From the NCBI GenBank assembly GCA_030390025.1, contig CM059426.1, positions 138,508,001 to 138,572,000 on the forward strand: 64,000 nucleotides of DNA, in the 5' to 3' direction. The notes beneath the pieces are model-generated. The model did no database searches. It was not told where the DNA came from and was given only the letters and a program-made list of their open reading frames with translations. This stretch comes from Squalus acanthias (lineage: Eukaryota). Position numbers and translations under genes: made by a program. Below are positions 13,500 to 27,144 of the stretch, one piece after another; the first letter of the stretch is position 1, and each line of letters opens with the position of its first letter.

Positions 13500-15450
13500 A
13501 TGCTCCTTTGGCAGGATACAATGACAGTAGTATGATGAGGAAGGTAAGTGTCTCCACAGTTTAATGAGGTGAGCACGGAAGTGCTGCTGTAAACTGTGGA
13601 CAGGCAGAGGGAGGTGCTGCATTAGGAAAATAGCATCAAAACAACTGGATAAAATATGTGGCAGCACATAGCTGATGAAAATCTCCAGTTGTACTATCCA
13701 ATGCACATGGATACAGTGTTGGAAGGAGTTCACTGACCTCGTCAGAAGGGGCAAGGTGTAATTGGCTGGCTATGCGCTGCATCAAGGAAATGGTGATTAT
13801 TATTTGCACCTCAGCACATTCTGTGCTTCACAGGTCCTAAAAGCCTCCTGTCTACACTCTTCTAAATCTTCTTTCACCATCACTCGTTCTCAAAGCACAA
13901 GCACGTCCGCTGTTCCAAAGCCTGAATGCCTCCTCATCTGCATGAGACACATATCAGACATAGGCTTCTTAAATGTCACTTGTATGTTTTAACCCTCATC
14001 CCCATTTTGTTTTTTACAGGGGAAAGCAAACCACAATAGAAGGTCATGATTTGCAACAGGAGGAAGGGAAGCTTCTATAAGGCACCTCCTCACTTTAAGG
14101 AGCGGGCCATATGCACACATGGAAACCGAATCACGGTTGTGGGACATGGAGAAGGATGAGGGCAATTCCCAGTAAGAGGATTGCATCTCAAGGCTCCTTT
14201 CAGAACACTGCAATATAACATCTTAACAGAAGGACTCTGATATAAATCTTTCCAGCAACAGGGGAACCATGTGACATGCTTGCATGCCACATCAGTATTA
14301 CAATTCAAAGTTCCTTTTTGTCACTTTTTGTATCTTTGCAGGGCTTTCTCAAGCTTTCAGAGACAGTTGCTTCTGGGACTCAACTGACAATTGTCCCAAG
14401 ATAAGCAGCAGCACACCTAGCACTCCGCCACTGCACTTACCCTACCCACTCACCAGCTCAGATAGACAGCATGAAGGCAGCACAACTGGTGAGTGACAGA
14501 GCATGGGTGGCTGGGATCAGGAGCAGGAGCAGGTGGAGGAAGAGGACCAGGGAGCTTCTCATTAGAGGGTGAAGTTACCTCCCTCCCCAACGGGTGACGT
14601 CAGAGATCCAGGTCTCCATGGCATGGCTCATAAGAGATTGCTCTATGCGGTTGTTGGGTAGATCGACCTAATAATTTCCAATAAATGGTGGGTAGTATGG
14701 AGGAGACCAGCAGTTGTGTGAGTGGGTGCTAAGGATTGGCTTGAAGATTGAAGATACCCTTGGACAGAATGGTAATTCCAGAGCCATCTACAGCGCAGCC
14801 TCCCAGCAGAGTGGCTAAAACGATAGCCCAACAGCTGCCATCCAGGCCTTGGATTGCACTATTGCTACATCACTGGGCATGGTTATTGATGAGCTTGCCC
14901 AAATGAGACATGAAATGGAGATGGCCTTCTGTGACGTCCTTGAATCCATTGCATCTATACACCTGCTGATAGAGGACAGAGTTACATGGAGGTTCCAAGT
15001 AGGGTTGAGATGGATGTGGCCATGGAAGTTGAGACTCCCTCTCAGGATAGCAGCACTTCCACACTAGTCCTCCACCCACCTGTAATGACTGTCCAAGAGC
15101 CAAAATGCAGGCTAGGCCAAGCTGGTCTTGCTGAAGTGGAGAGTTCACAGCCTGTAATGGGACCATCCGGCGGCCATGTTCGAAGAGGTCAAGAGCCACC
15201 TGGTTCCTAGCTCTATGTACCAGGTAAACAGTTTAGCCTCTTCCAGTCTCCAGTCAGTAGAATTTCATTTAGAAGCACTAGTATAGGCAGCTGCGCATCC
15301 AGACCATCACCATGGAAAAAGTCGGCAAGATGGAAGTCCGTGATGATAAAGAGTAGAAGGCAATGGAAAAGAAAATTGAGCAGGGTGTAAAATGGGATGC
15401 TAATTCGCTAACGCCCATTTTGTACAACTGCTGAAGTCGAATTTCACCCC
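13500..15450 (+). mobile_element. Degraded Harbinger derivative with spliced Myb/SANT-like gene remnant
   Basis: Remnant TWIQCWKEFTDLVRRGK followed by a GT donor near 13756. TIR-like gaatttcacccc near 15450. Confidence 0.55.
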
Positions 15451-15524
15451 CATGAAGTCTGTACTGTTCTATTTGTGATATTTTACTGTAGATTAACAAG
15501 GTAAACAATTTTGGGTATGCACAC

Positions 15525-17017
15525 TGCGGCTGCGATTTCGCCTACCTGGGCGGCTTCAAGGTGGGAGAGGGCGGCGGCAGGGGACGACCCCTCTGCTGCA
15601 TTGATCCCGGCAAAAAAGAAGATCTTCCCCATATGGGCCTTGTTAGGCCCGCCCTGCGCGTTTCCCGGCCCAATTAAAAGGTGCGGGTCTGGTGACGTCA
15701 CCGGATGACGCGATTCTTGCCGGTATAGTTAAAGGGGCCATGGCCCCATTTGCTGTCACTTGCAATTTCAGACAATTCAATGCTGGCAGTGTGTGCAGGT
15801 CTGAAGTATGAGCTCTCAGCGCCAAAGAGCAGTGCCTCGCTTCTCTGATGACTCCCTCCATCATCTTGTGGAGGGAGTGAGAGCATGTAGGGAGGTTCTC
15901 TTCCCTAAGGATGGTCGGAAGAGGCCTCCCCAGCAGAAGAAGGCAGCGTGGCTGCAGATAGCGCAGGAGGTAACGGGGATGTCAGTGGTGGTTCGCACCT
16001 GGGTGCAGTGCCGGAAGAGGTTCAATGATCTTCTAAGATCAGGAAAAGTGAGTATAAAGCCACACTTACCTTGATGCTGCTGTGCCTGCCATCACATCCC
16101 ACCACTCTGCATTGCCAACCCTACTCTTGCATAACGTTACTCACTCCAACATCCCTTGGACCTTCATCCATCCGGAGGGCGCTGGAGTCTCCCAGCTCTG
16201 CTCAGCGGCATGCAGATGCTGAGCCTCAGGGGGCCATCCAGGAAGAGGGCGATCCTGGAGCTGCAGGAACAAGTGCAGGAGGCTCTGACTGGTTCGTGAC
16301 CGCGGTAACTGCGAGTGTGCAGAGAATGGAGGAGTCCTTCTCCAACATGAGCACCACCGTGGTGCACTCACTGGCAACTATAGCTTCCTCTTGTTGTTGA
16401 TGCTGCTGGTGTGGCTGATCGTCATCAGATTCTGAGGACCAAGGTGAGAGAGCATAAATTGTGTCCATTCTAATGTTTGATATGGCAGGTGAAGTTGAGA
16501 TGACAGAAGCAATCTGTCAATGGTGAGATATGTTGTTCCAAGGAGGTGACAGTGAATAGAGACTTTACTCCAAACACTTCCAAACTGCATAAAACTGAAA
16601 AGTCTCTTCCAAATCCTGAAGGCTCCAGCTTCTGAGATTTGAAAGTGAACAGCTGGTAATGGTAGCTTTTTAACACTTTTGCAGCTGTCACCTATTCAAA
16701 GCAATGGAGAGTTGTTGAAAACCCGACATACTTACCTGACGTGATCCCCGAGCAACATGAACCTCATGAAAAAGTTGGAAAAATGGTTAGTAGCTGGTAA
16801 AATGCTGCTTAAATACCTTTAAACAGCCTCTTAAGTATTTCAATTGGCTGGCCCACCGCTTAGTGCTGTGTCTGCAAAGCGCAGGCAGAGCCAGCACTCA
16901 GGAAACTTACACGGAGGCGGGTTCAGAGCGGGATACCATCCCGCTGTCAATCTTTCTGATTTTGACAGCAGACTCGCCTCTGAACCTGCCCTCTGAGCGC
17001 TGGCAAAATTCAGCCCT
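15525..17017 (+). mobile_element. Internally deleted Harbinger element with Myb/SANT-like ORF (15808-16048)
   Basis: PRFSDDSLHHLVEGV...AWLQIAQEV...RTWVQCRKRFNDL (Myb_DNA-bind_5/NAIF1-like) ending at a gtgagt donor. End motif ggcaaaattcagccc. Related to 44285-46015. Confidence 0.8.
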
Positions 17018-18120
17018 GAATGTTTGGGAATAGGAGCAGACTGCAGTTCTGACTGTGGGATTCTTTGTTTTGACGGCAGGATGGATCTATTGTATGGAAA
17101 GGTGGAAGAAGGATTCCTGTCCTTTGCCAGTTGTTCGTGGCTCTGGAGAGGGCCAGACAAATATTTCAGCAGCTGTCAAAGCAGCTTGTGGTTGTTGCTC
17201 CTCTTCTGCCTCTAAATATGTCATCTCGAAAAAGATGTGGAGGAGGGTGGGTGGAACCACAGTACCAAACATGGCGTCCATCAGTGAGTGAAAAAGAGTT
17301 ACATCATTTGCAACAATTTCAGAAGATGAAAGCCCATGTTTCATTCAAGATGCCAAAAATAAAGACCTTTCTTGACAAGAGCTGCCTGTCCCTTTAAGAC
17401 AGGTAGCACATCAACAGCAGCTCTGGAAGGTATAGGGCCAGGTGTTGCTGAGAGCAGTTTGCTCCTGAACTCACCTGGTGCTAGAGCGAGTGCACAGGTC
17501 TCGGACACTTGTATGCAATCAATTTACATTAGTGCACTCGAATCAGGTGTATACTATAGGTCACCAAATAGTGGGAAGGAGACAAAGAAGCAAATTTGCA
17601 GGCAAATTAAAGAAGGATGCAAGAACTGTAGAGTAGCGATAATGGGGGACTTCAAATATCCTAATATAGACTGGGATAGTAACAGTGTAAAGGGCAAAGT
17701 TGGGGTGGAATTCCTGAAATGTGTACAAGAGAACTTTCTTGATCAGTGTGATTCCAGCCCAATGAGGAAGGTAGCAGTACTGGATCTAGTTTTGGGGAAT
17801 GAAGCAGGGCAAGTGGAGCATGTTTCAATGGGAGAGCATTTGGGAAACAGTGATCATAATATCAACAGGTTTAGAATAGTTATGGAAAAGGACAAGTTAC
17901 AATCAAACGTAAAAATACTTAACTAGAGGAGGGCTAACTTCAGTGAGGTATAAAAGGGATCTGGTCCAGGTGGATTGGAACCAAAAATTGGTAGGCAAAA
18001 CAATAATTGAACAATGGGAGGCCTTCAAAGAGGAAATAGTTCGGGTACAGAGTAGACACATTCCTATGAGGGGGAAAGGAAGGGCATCCAAAGCTAGAGC
18101 CCCCTGGATGACTAAAGATA

Positions 18121-20345
18121 TTGGCCCAGAAACTGGAGTACTTACCGCCACCCGCTTGCACTGTTATCAGGGCAAAAAATGGCAGCTGCCACTCTAGCAC
18201 CCTTCTCTAGCGTAGGACTCAGCGGTCGCCATTTTGATGAGGTCCATAGCGCTGCCGATAGCAGCGCTGGCCCTGGCGATGTAAATGAAGATAGCGTGAC
18301 ATCAGTCGGCGTGCAATGCCGGCTTGATGCCACGTCTGCGAACTACGACCTTCGCGGTGAGTTCAGTGCTGGGTCCTAAGATCGCTCTGAAAAGTGAGCG
18401 TTCAGCAGACTGACAGATACTGTCAGCACTTCTTAAAGGGACACACACATCTTACAGGTAAGTTTGCATTTAAGCTTTTGGACTGGATTTTTTTAAAATT
18501 TTATTGAAGTACTGGTTTGGTGCAATACATGTTAAAAGGTTTTTAAGTGTGCAGGGAGTGCTGCTGGACGCCTGCAAGGCCTTGGATGGTAAAGGAAGAC
18601 CTCTGATAAGACAGAAAATGCTGGAAATACTCAACAAGTCAGGCAGCATCCGTGGAGAGAGAAACAGAGTTCACGTCTCAGATCGAGATGCTGAGTATTT
18701 CCAGCATTTTCTGCTTTTATTTCAAATTTACAGTATCTGCTCACAGAGGGAAGAGGAAGACGCAGTAGAGGAAGACGCAGAAGAGGAAGATGCAGAAGAG
18801 GAGGAAGCAGAAGGAAGGATACAACCCGCACTGCCCCTTTCTGGCCAGGATATCTGAGATGGAATCATCTGCCTGCGGTACCAGGGACCACAATCTCAAT
18901 TCCCCTTTCAACATTTGTCCCCCACCTTATCTTCCCTCTGTTACTGACCACACAGCATCCGTTTGGCCACAATACTGAAATAAAAGCCACCACAAAGCAA
19001 ACTTTCCAATCCAACTTTATACATCTATCCATCCAGTATGACATCAAGAAATCAACTCATCACCCTTATGCATTCTCTTAGTGACTGTCTTGTGTGTGCC
19101 TTTGACTATCCTACTGATGTCATGCAGTGCTACCCCAGTGGCTGCAGCATGGCTGGTGGAAGGCTGCTGAGTTTTAGTGGGGGACACTGCAAATGGCCTT
19201 GCTAGTCAACCTTGAGGAGCTGGTGGCTGGGAGTTTGAAATCAAGCGATGGTGTTTCTTCTTCTTCTTCTTCTTCTTCACCATCCTTTACTTCTTCTTGG
19301 TCAACCACTGGCTGGGCAGGCTGCATTTCTTGGGTGTGTGAAATGAGGAAGGCACAAGGGTGGAGTTGTAGTGAGGGGAGGGCGGAAAGCAAGAGGTGCA
19401 TGCGAGAAGGAGGATAATGTATGAGGATACCAACATCTTGTCTCCTTTCAGCCCTGCTGCTGGCCAAGGGCTCAGCCATGCCCCTGCCAAGAATGGCCAG
19501 CACCGTCTCCTCCAAGGGAGGTGAGGTGAAGCTAGGAATGGGAAGTGTGCCTCGTGTTTGGTACAGATTGTAGGTAGGTGAGTGATTGGGTGGTGGAGGG
19601 GGGAGCCGTGCATTGAGAAGTGTGTGAGGCTAGTGATGCAGTTGGTAGGAGACAGCTTTTGACGATGCATTCACTGACCATGACCAGTGGTCTGAGGTCA
19701 TGAAGATTCTTTGTGCACTGGAGCCAGGTCGTGGGGGTGACACTGCTGGTAGTGACGGCTTCGGTGATCTGGTCCCACATCCTTCTTTCTGGAGGGCCTC
19801 CTGGCCCCTGTGGGTAGTGGACCTCTCTTCCTGTGTTGACCCCCTGCACAAAGTTGGAGTGCTGCGTGCGAGACCCTGGGTGCCCCTTCCCTGGCTTGCT
19901 GATCCATTTGTGTTCGTGCTGAAGCACTTTCCCCATTTTTTTTAGGTGCAGAAGGAATTCAGCTATACAAGCTGAAGACTCCCATTTGGGAATTCTTTTT
20001 AATGTTATTTTTTTTTCAGAAGGCTGTTGAGCTGTAAGGACTAAAAACTCACTATTTTTACATAATTTTTTTTTCATTTAGAAGGCAGTTCACCTTTAAG
20101 AAATCGACACTACTTTCTGAAATGACAGTCTCGCATTCAGAGCTGGCTGTTCATGCTGCAATGACGCTACGGCCACGCTACACTGGGGCCTCCTGCTGGG
20201 ATGAACGCCACCAGGATGGCGTTGCACAGTGAGTTTAGCACTGGGCTAATGTTAATTAGTCCCCAGCGCCAATTTTTTGGTCCTGCCAGCGCCACCATTT
20301 TCAGCGGCCGTTAAAACCAGCAGGTTTTTACCGCTATCGAATTTT
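18121..20345 (-). mobile_element. Harbinger derivative: Myb/SANT remnant on minus, probable acidic transposase C-terminal remnant on plus
   Basis: ORF 19532..20077 contains MWDQITEAV...TTWLQCTKNLHDL. CR1 reads through (actaaagatat|agaggtcaaaatg) when the insert is removed. Confidence 0.72.
18612..18740. mobile_element. Palindromic repeat remnant, probably Penelope-derived (second family)
   Basis: Perfect 22-bp inverted arms cagaaaatgctggaaatactca (18612-18633) and 18692-18713. Degenerate relative at about 58065-58200. Confidence 0.55.
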
Positions 20346-23176
20346 TAGAGGTCAAAATGAGACAGAAAAAGGAGGCTTATGACAATTGTAAGGTTCATAA
20401 TACAGTAGAGAACCAATTTGAATATAGAAAGTACAGAGGAGATCTAAAAGGTGAATAAGAGGGGCAAAGAGAGAATATGAGAATATATTAGCGGCTAACA
20501 TAAAAATGAACCCAAAAGTCTTTTATAAACATATAAATAGTAAGAGGGTAGTCAAAGGAAGGGTGGGGCCAATTATGGGCCAAAAAGGAGATATTCTTGT
20601 GGAGGCAGAGGGCATGGATGAGGTACCAAATGAATACTTTGCATCTGTCTTCAATAGAGAAGAGGATGCTGCCAATGTAGCAGTAAAGGAGGAGGCAGTA
20701 GCAATATTGGATAGGATAAAAATAGATAAAGAGGATGTACTTAAAAGGTTGGCAGTCTTCAAAATAGAAAAGTTACCCAATCTGGCCACAATCTTCCAAT
20801 CCTCCTTAGAAGAAGAAGGTGCTGGAGGACTGGAGGATTGCAAATATTACATCCCTGTTTAAGAAAGTGGAGAGGGAAAAACCCAACAATTACAGGCCAA
20901 TCAGCCTAACGTTGGTGGTGGAGAAACTTCTAGAGACAATAATCTGGGACAAAATTAATTGCCATTTGGAAAAGTATAGGCTAAAAAATAACTCAACATG
21001 GATTTGCTAAAGGCAAATCATGTTTGACTAACTTGATTGAGTTCTTTGATGAAGTCACGGAGAGGGTTGATGAGGGTAGTAGGGTTAAAGTTGTGTATAT
21101 TGACTTTCAAAAGGCGTTTGACAAAGTAGCCCAAAATAGACTTGTTAACAAAATTAAAGCCTATGGGGTTAAAAGGACAGCATGGATACAATATTGGCTA
21201 CGGGACAGAAAACAGAGAGTAGCGGTGAATGGTTGTTTTTCAGGTTGGAGGGAGGTATACAGTGGTGTTTCCCAGGGGTTGGTATTAGGACCACTGCTCT
21301 GTTTGATATATATTAATGACCTGGACTTGGGTATACGGGGCATAATTACAAAGTTTGAATATGATCCGAAACTCGGAAATGTAGTAAACAATGAGGAGGA
21401 TAGTAACAGACTTTAGGAGGCCATAGACAGAATGGTAAAATAAGCAGACACATGGCAGGTGAAATTTAATGCAGAGAAGTGTGAAGTGGTACATTTTGGT
21501 AAGAAGAATGAAGAGAGGCAATATGAACTAAATGGTACAATTTTAAAGGGGGTGCAGGAACAGAGAGACCAGGGGGTGTATGTACACAAATCTTTGAATG
21601 TGTCAGGACAAGTTGAGAAGACTGTTAAAAAAGCATTTGAGATCCTTGGGTTTATTAATAGAGGCATAGAGTACAAAAGCAAGGAAGTTATGCTAAACCT
21701 TTATAAAACACTGGTTAGGCCTCAGCTGGAGTATTGTGTTCAATTCTGGGCACCGCACTTTAGGAAGGATGTGAAGGACTGGGAGAGGGTGCAGAGGAGA
21801 TTTACTAGAATGGTATGAGGACTTCAGTTATGTGGAGAGACTTGAGAAGCTGTGGTTGTTCTCCTTAGATCAGAGAAGGCTAAGAGGAGATTTGATAGAG
21901 ATGTTCATAACCATGAATGGTTTTGATAGAGTAAATAAGGAGAAACTGTTTCCAGTGGCAGAACGGTCAGTAACCAGAGGACACAGATTTAAGGTGAATG
22001 GCAAAAAAAACAGAAGCGACATGAAGAAACATTTTTTCATACAGTGAGTTGTTGTAATCTGGAATGCACTGCCTGAAAGAATGGTGGAAGCAGATTCAAT
22101 AGTAACATTCCAAAGAATTGGATAAATACTTGAAGGGAAAGAATTTATAGGGCTATAGGGAAAGAGCAAGGGAGTCGGATTAATTGGATAGCTCTACCGA
22201 AAAGCCGGCACAGGCACGATGGGCTGAATGACCTCATTCTGCGCTGTATCATTCTATCATTCATGATTCTAGGTGCAGGCAGTTATAACCACCTGAAAAG
22301 CCATGCAGGTAAATTCAGCTGCAGTGTTTTCCAGGCACATAACGGGGTGGTTGGGGCGAGGGGGGAAAGAATAGCACCCATTTTTCAGGTGCTATTTGGA
22401 TGCTAAATTCAAGAAAATTACCCTAAATATAAATCACAGCCATTATATATCATGAGCATGAAATTAAAAATAAATACCCCATGTACCATACATAATGAAA
22501 TAAAGTTATAGATGAACAAACATAGGGAACATTTTCACCTGGAGCTAATCTACCTCTTGAGGTGGGCTCTCCAATGCAGGAAATCAAGTAGGGTCAAGGG
22601 CATAGACATGGGGCAGTTGGAAGAACCACCACAATGGAAATTGTGCCGTCCTAGGGACTGAGATGACAATCTGCCCTAGTATGAGATTACTTGCTGCACT
22701 GAGGAATATATATGATGAATGAAGTTTCAATGTTTTTCCTATTTTGTCTTACTTATGTCTCTCGCAATCATTATCTTAAACCTTATTATATTGTGATCGC
22801 TATTGCCTAGATGCTCCACTATGCTTACTTCTCTTATCTGCTCTGATTCACTTCCCATTACTAGATCCAGCAGTGATTCTTCTTCAGTTAAAAAGAAAGA
22901 TAGACTTGCATTTATATAGCACCGTTCATGATGACTGGACGTCCCAAAGCACTTTACAGCCAATGAAGTACTTTTTGAAGTGTAGTCATTGTTGTAATGT
23001 AGTTAAACCCAGCAGAAAACTAACAGACTCATTGAGACAGCGAGTCAAAATTACAGTACCTGGAAGGATTACTACACACTCCCAAAGATAAAAATAAAAT
23101 GTAAACACAATTCATTGTGTATATCTATATAACACATATATATAAAGAAGTCATTGTAACTGAAATAATCACTAAC

Positions 23177-23236
23177 CTGTGGCCCCACTGTTATTTATGA
23201 GGCTGCTCAGGATATATTCAGCTTTCAGAAGTTTAC
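23177..23236 (-). CDS. ALPK1: ALPK1 coding exon, 60 nt ((G)KLLKAEYILSSLINNSGAT)
   Basis: tgacag acceptor and GTTAGT donor, phase 1-1. Matches human KLLKAEYILSSLISNNGAT. Confidence 0.95.
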
Positions 23237-23499
23237 CTGTCAACATTTAAAAATACGAAAATCAATTTAAGAAGCATTAACAATGGAATAATTCTTGTAC
23301 AATCATCCCTTTAGACAGTAATGTTTCAGTGATAGTGGTGAGGAAAGGGACAGAACTGCTTTGAACAGGTTTGTCTAAGGTGTGCTTGCTTCATAGTGCT
23401 GAAGAGATTTTAACGAAGACTCTACCTTTTGAATCTTCATAATAACATTTCTTCTGTTTCTTGTCTATATCAAAAAATGACAAGATAATATTGGCCATT

Positions 23500-24070
23500 C
23501 AGACATTTTACCTCAACCATACAGAAAACCTGCAATCTGCCCATCATAGACATATATTTTAAATGGATCCGAGGTATTTGCCTCCATTTTCCTCCATTTC
23601 ATTTTTGTACAAGGAATTTTCTGATGTTGGTCCTCAATTTTCCTTTCACAACCTTGAATCTATACTCCCTTGTCCTACTATTGTGGTTTACCTTTAAGTA
23701 GTATTCTGGATTTTTCTTTCCTATACTATCTAGAAGACCACTTTTCTGTCGCCTCCATTCAAGGCTGAAGAGCCCATGTTTCTCCATTCTTTCCTCTGGT
23801 ACGTGGTATCAGCCTGGTGGCTCTTATTTGTACTTCCTCCAGTGCTTTATTGCTTCCTTTGTGTCTTTGCAACCAAAACTGGACATAGTGTTTGAAGTAC
23901 TGTGCACTATATTGTTTTTGCCCGCTATCTCCAACTTACTGATTTTGCGCAATGATCCAACGTCCTATTTCCCCTGTTGAGCGCTGCTGTACAGTGACTG
24001 GACCGGTTAAGTGCCAAGTCTAACAACCAAAGGTTTCTTTAAACTTCTACATTTTCTAGTTCAACACCAT
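23500..24070 (-). mobile_element. Old CR1 3' fragment
   Basis: ORF 23599..23787 (EKHGLFSLEWRR...SRTREYRFKVVKGK). Confidence 0.7.
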
Positions 24071-24699
24071 TCATGCCATTATCGTGTTGTGACAGATTGC
24101 ATGCTGGTAACAGAGCTTGCCTGATTTTCTGACCATTTAAATTAATGGATTAAAAACTAGGCTAGCTCTCTTACAGGTGTGTGATCCTCCCTGCCAATTT
24201 TCCTCTATGTGCTGTGCCCAGGCAATCCAATAATGCCCCTTTATGTTTTTCTCCTTTCTAATTGGTTATTTTCCACTTTTATTATGCAACAATTATCGTA
24301 TTACAAAAAATCCTTTCTCCCCAATCACATTCCACCGAAAATAATCTAAACAATCACGTCACAGCTAAACAAAATTCTGACCAATCAAATTTCAGTAAAA
24401 TAAATTCTTCAAAATACAGCCACTGTACCAGTGCCTCACGCACCCCACAATATTGCTACTAAAAGTAAAAGTTATGACAAACACATTAAAAATTCACAAA
24501 ATAAGCAAACTGGCTCTAACAATTTTTCCCATTTGTCTACAAACAGTAGAGCACCCTGCTGGGCCTATGAACATCCTGTAATCTTGACACATCTTTTCAC
24601 CTCATACTTCTTGATTCCTACCTGTCCAGTTGACTACTCACTGAAGTTCAACATAAACAAACAAATTGCACATGTGCAGAACTCATTTCCTTGAGGTAA

Positions 24700-25020
24700 A
24701 AGCGTAAACAGAGAAAAGAGAAAAGGAGCATAGAAGCAGAGAGGAGAGAAAGAAAGCAGGGGAGGGAGAGATGTGAAAGAAAAGAGAAAGAGGATATAAA
24801 GAGAAAGAGGAAAGCAAAAGGAGAGACAAATAACAAAGCAGAAAGAGGATGTAAGGCAGGAAGAGAAACAAAAGTGAAGGATAGGTGTGAGACTGTGTTG
24901 GAACCATAACTGGCAGATCAGGTAGGTTTGAAAGCGAAACAAATGAAGGAAGGGTGGGAGAGAAGTAGAAACAGAAGTGCAGGAAGAGAAATAATCAGAA
25001 GTGAAGGAGAAGATAGACAT
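24700..25020. repeat. GA-rich low-complexity tract
   Basis: Strongly purine-biased plus strand. Confidence 0.7.
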
Positions 25021-25805
25021 TTTTTTTGCAGACTTACTAGCATCTTTAGTTAACAGAAGCCAAAAGCCTATGAGAATTTATGGTGAGGCCCAGAACGAAA
25101 AGAAAATTGAAAAGGTGGGGCCTAGGCTGAAAAATTTTGATTAAAAGTAGTATAACTAATGATGGCCTCGGCATACACATAAGCAGGAGTTTACCTTCAA
25201 TAAATGAACTCGTGGCTTTATTTATTTATTTCAGGTGGAAACTAGGAAGATGCAGCAAGTCGACAGTGATTGCCTGAAAATACATGCATGTGGTTGAGAG
25301 GAAAAAGTGACAGATGGGCCAAGAGATATGCCAAGAGGTTTTCTTAATCTGTTTTCAATTCAATTGCACTTGAGCAGGAGGGTCAGTGGGCAAGGACCTG
25401 AGAGGGAGGAAGGGCAGCAGACAGTTAGAGGTAGGTAAAGGCTGAATGAATAAGGTGAGACAGGGCTGAAGGTGGAGAATAAAATGGATTAAGCAGAGCA
25501 GAGAAATAAGAGAGAGAAAGTATTGCAGAAACTGCAAAAAGGATTGAAACAGATACCTATTTCCAGCTGGTTTTTCCTCCTCCCCGACCCAGGGGCATTG
25601 AGACTAATTACACAGCCCTACAAATAGCCCTTCTGAGATCAGCTAACTCAGCACAAATCAGGGATTCAAGCTGGAATATTTCTGTTTATTTTAATGCATT
25701 ATGGAATGCATTGCATGGTGCAGATTCTTCAGTGATTTCTTTTTTTTTTGCCATTACAATTTTGTACTTTCAATGCTTTTCTCCTCTATCATAATAAATG
25801 GTGTC

Positions 25806-26262
25806 AGCCATGGCTCAGTGGTAGCACTCATGCCCCTGAGTCAGAAGTGTGGGTTCATGCCCCACCCTAAAACCTGAGCACATAACCTAGGCTGACATTT
25901 CAGTGCAGTATTGAGGGAGTGCTGCACCGTCAGAGGTGCCGTCTTTTGAATGGGACGTTAAACCGAGGCTCCGTCTGCCCTCTCAGCAGGACGTAAAAGA
26001 TCCCATAGCACTATTTTGAAGAAGAGCTGGGGAGTTCTCCCCGGTGTCCAGGGCAATATTTATTCCTCACCCTACATCGGATCAGATCAAAAACAGATTT
26101 TCTCATTGCTGTTTGTGGTACCTTGCTGTGCACAAATTGGCTACTGTGTTTCCTACATTACAACAGTGATTAAACTTCAAAAAGTACTTCATTGGCTGGA
26201 AAGCGCTTTGAGACGTCCTAAGGTCGTGAAAGGCGCTATATAAATGCAAGTCTTCCTTTCTT
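25806..26262 (+). mobile_element. tRNA-derived Deu-domain SINE (SacSINE1-like) with L2-type tail
   Basis: A box tggctcagtggt, B-box-like ggttcatgccc, Deu core gacgtaaaagatcccatagcactattttgaagaagagc, tail aaaggcgctatataaatgcaagt. Confidence 0.85.
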
Positions 26263-27144
26263 TAATAATAATGAATAATACTTCTTTTTATAGCATCTTG
26301 ATATATTGAAACATCCCAAAGCACTTCACACAATGAATTAATTTTGAAGTGCAGTGGCTGTTATAAAGGTAAACGTTCTTTGGTCTTGTCGTGCACCATA
26401 CCCTGGCTGAGAGAATGGACCAAGAAACTGTGCCCAAGCCTCTTACCAGTGTTGCTCTGTATCCAGCTACTAGGAGGTGTGAAAGTGCTCTGGTCTCTCA
26501 TTCCCTGTGACTTCCTATTTCTACAATGTTGCAGCTCTCAAAGGGTTAAGCCCTAAGAAGTTTAAAAAGGTAAGTGTAAGCCATGGCTCGCTGGTTGCAT
26601 TCTTGCATCTGTTGTGGATTCAAGTCCCACTCCAGAGACTGAGCACAAACTCTAGACTGACAGTCCGGCTGAATCTTGACAGGGACAGACTGTGTAGGCG
26701 GCAGGGCGGAGTTTCTGGCGGGAAACCTGGAAGTTCGGGTTTTCCCGCATGCAGTGGAATTTTGACACTACAGCGTGCGTAGTTTTGCTTTGACAGGTTC
26801 CCCACATGGAGGTCAGCCTGATTGACAGGCTTGGCTTCCAGTTGGATGGGAAGCACTCCAGAGGATACCGCAGCCGCAGGTAAGACGCCTGCTGCCAATG
26901 TTCCCTCTAATTTTTGTTTGTACTGAGCGGCCCACGAACTCCTCTGAGCCCAACTTTTTGGTCCATGGGAAAATTGTACAACAACAAAACAACAACAACA
27001 ACTTAGAGCATATATACAACAATGCAAGTAAATAAGGTTAATATTTATTCAACATTAATTACAGTTACATCATGATGGAATTTTCCCCGTCTGTATTTCT
27101 CTGTTTTCCAGTGATGGAAAATTCTGTCACGGTTGACAATCCAC

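Larger units (their letters stand above)
17545..22271 (+). mobile_element. CR1 LINE ORF2 (degraded), split by a Harbinger derivative at 18121-20345
   Basis: APE and RT motifs in ORFs 17372..17926, 20506..20862, 21024..21416 and 21459..21818. attctat-type tail at 22251-22271. Confidence 0.92.

Noticed and set aside
25806-25870. tRNA gene
   Set aside because: The A and B boxes belong to a SINE head that continues into the Deu core. No cloverleaf is evident.
26535-26569. 35-nt plus-strand exon-like segment (tgcag...gtaagt, LKGLSPKKFKK)
   Set aside because: Good splice signals but no partner exons or recognisable protein, so plausible by chance.
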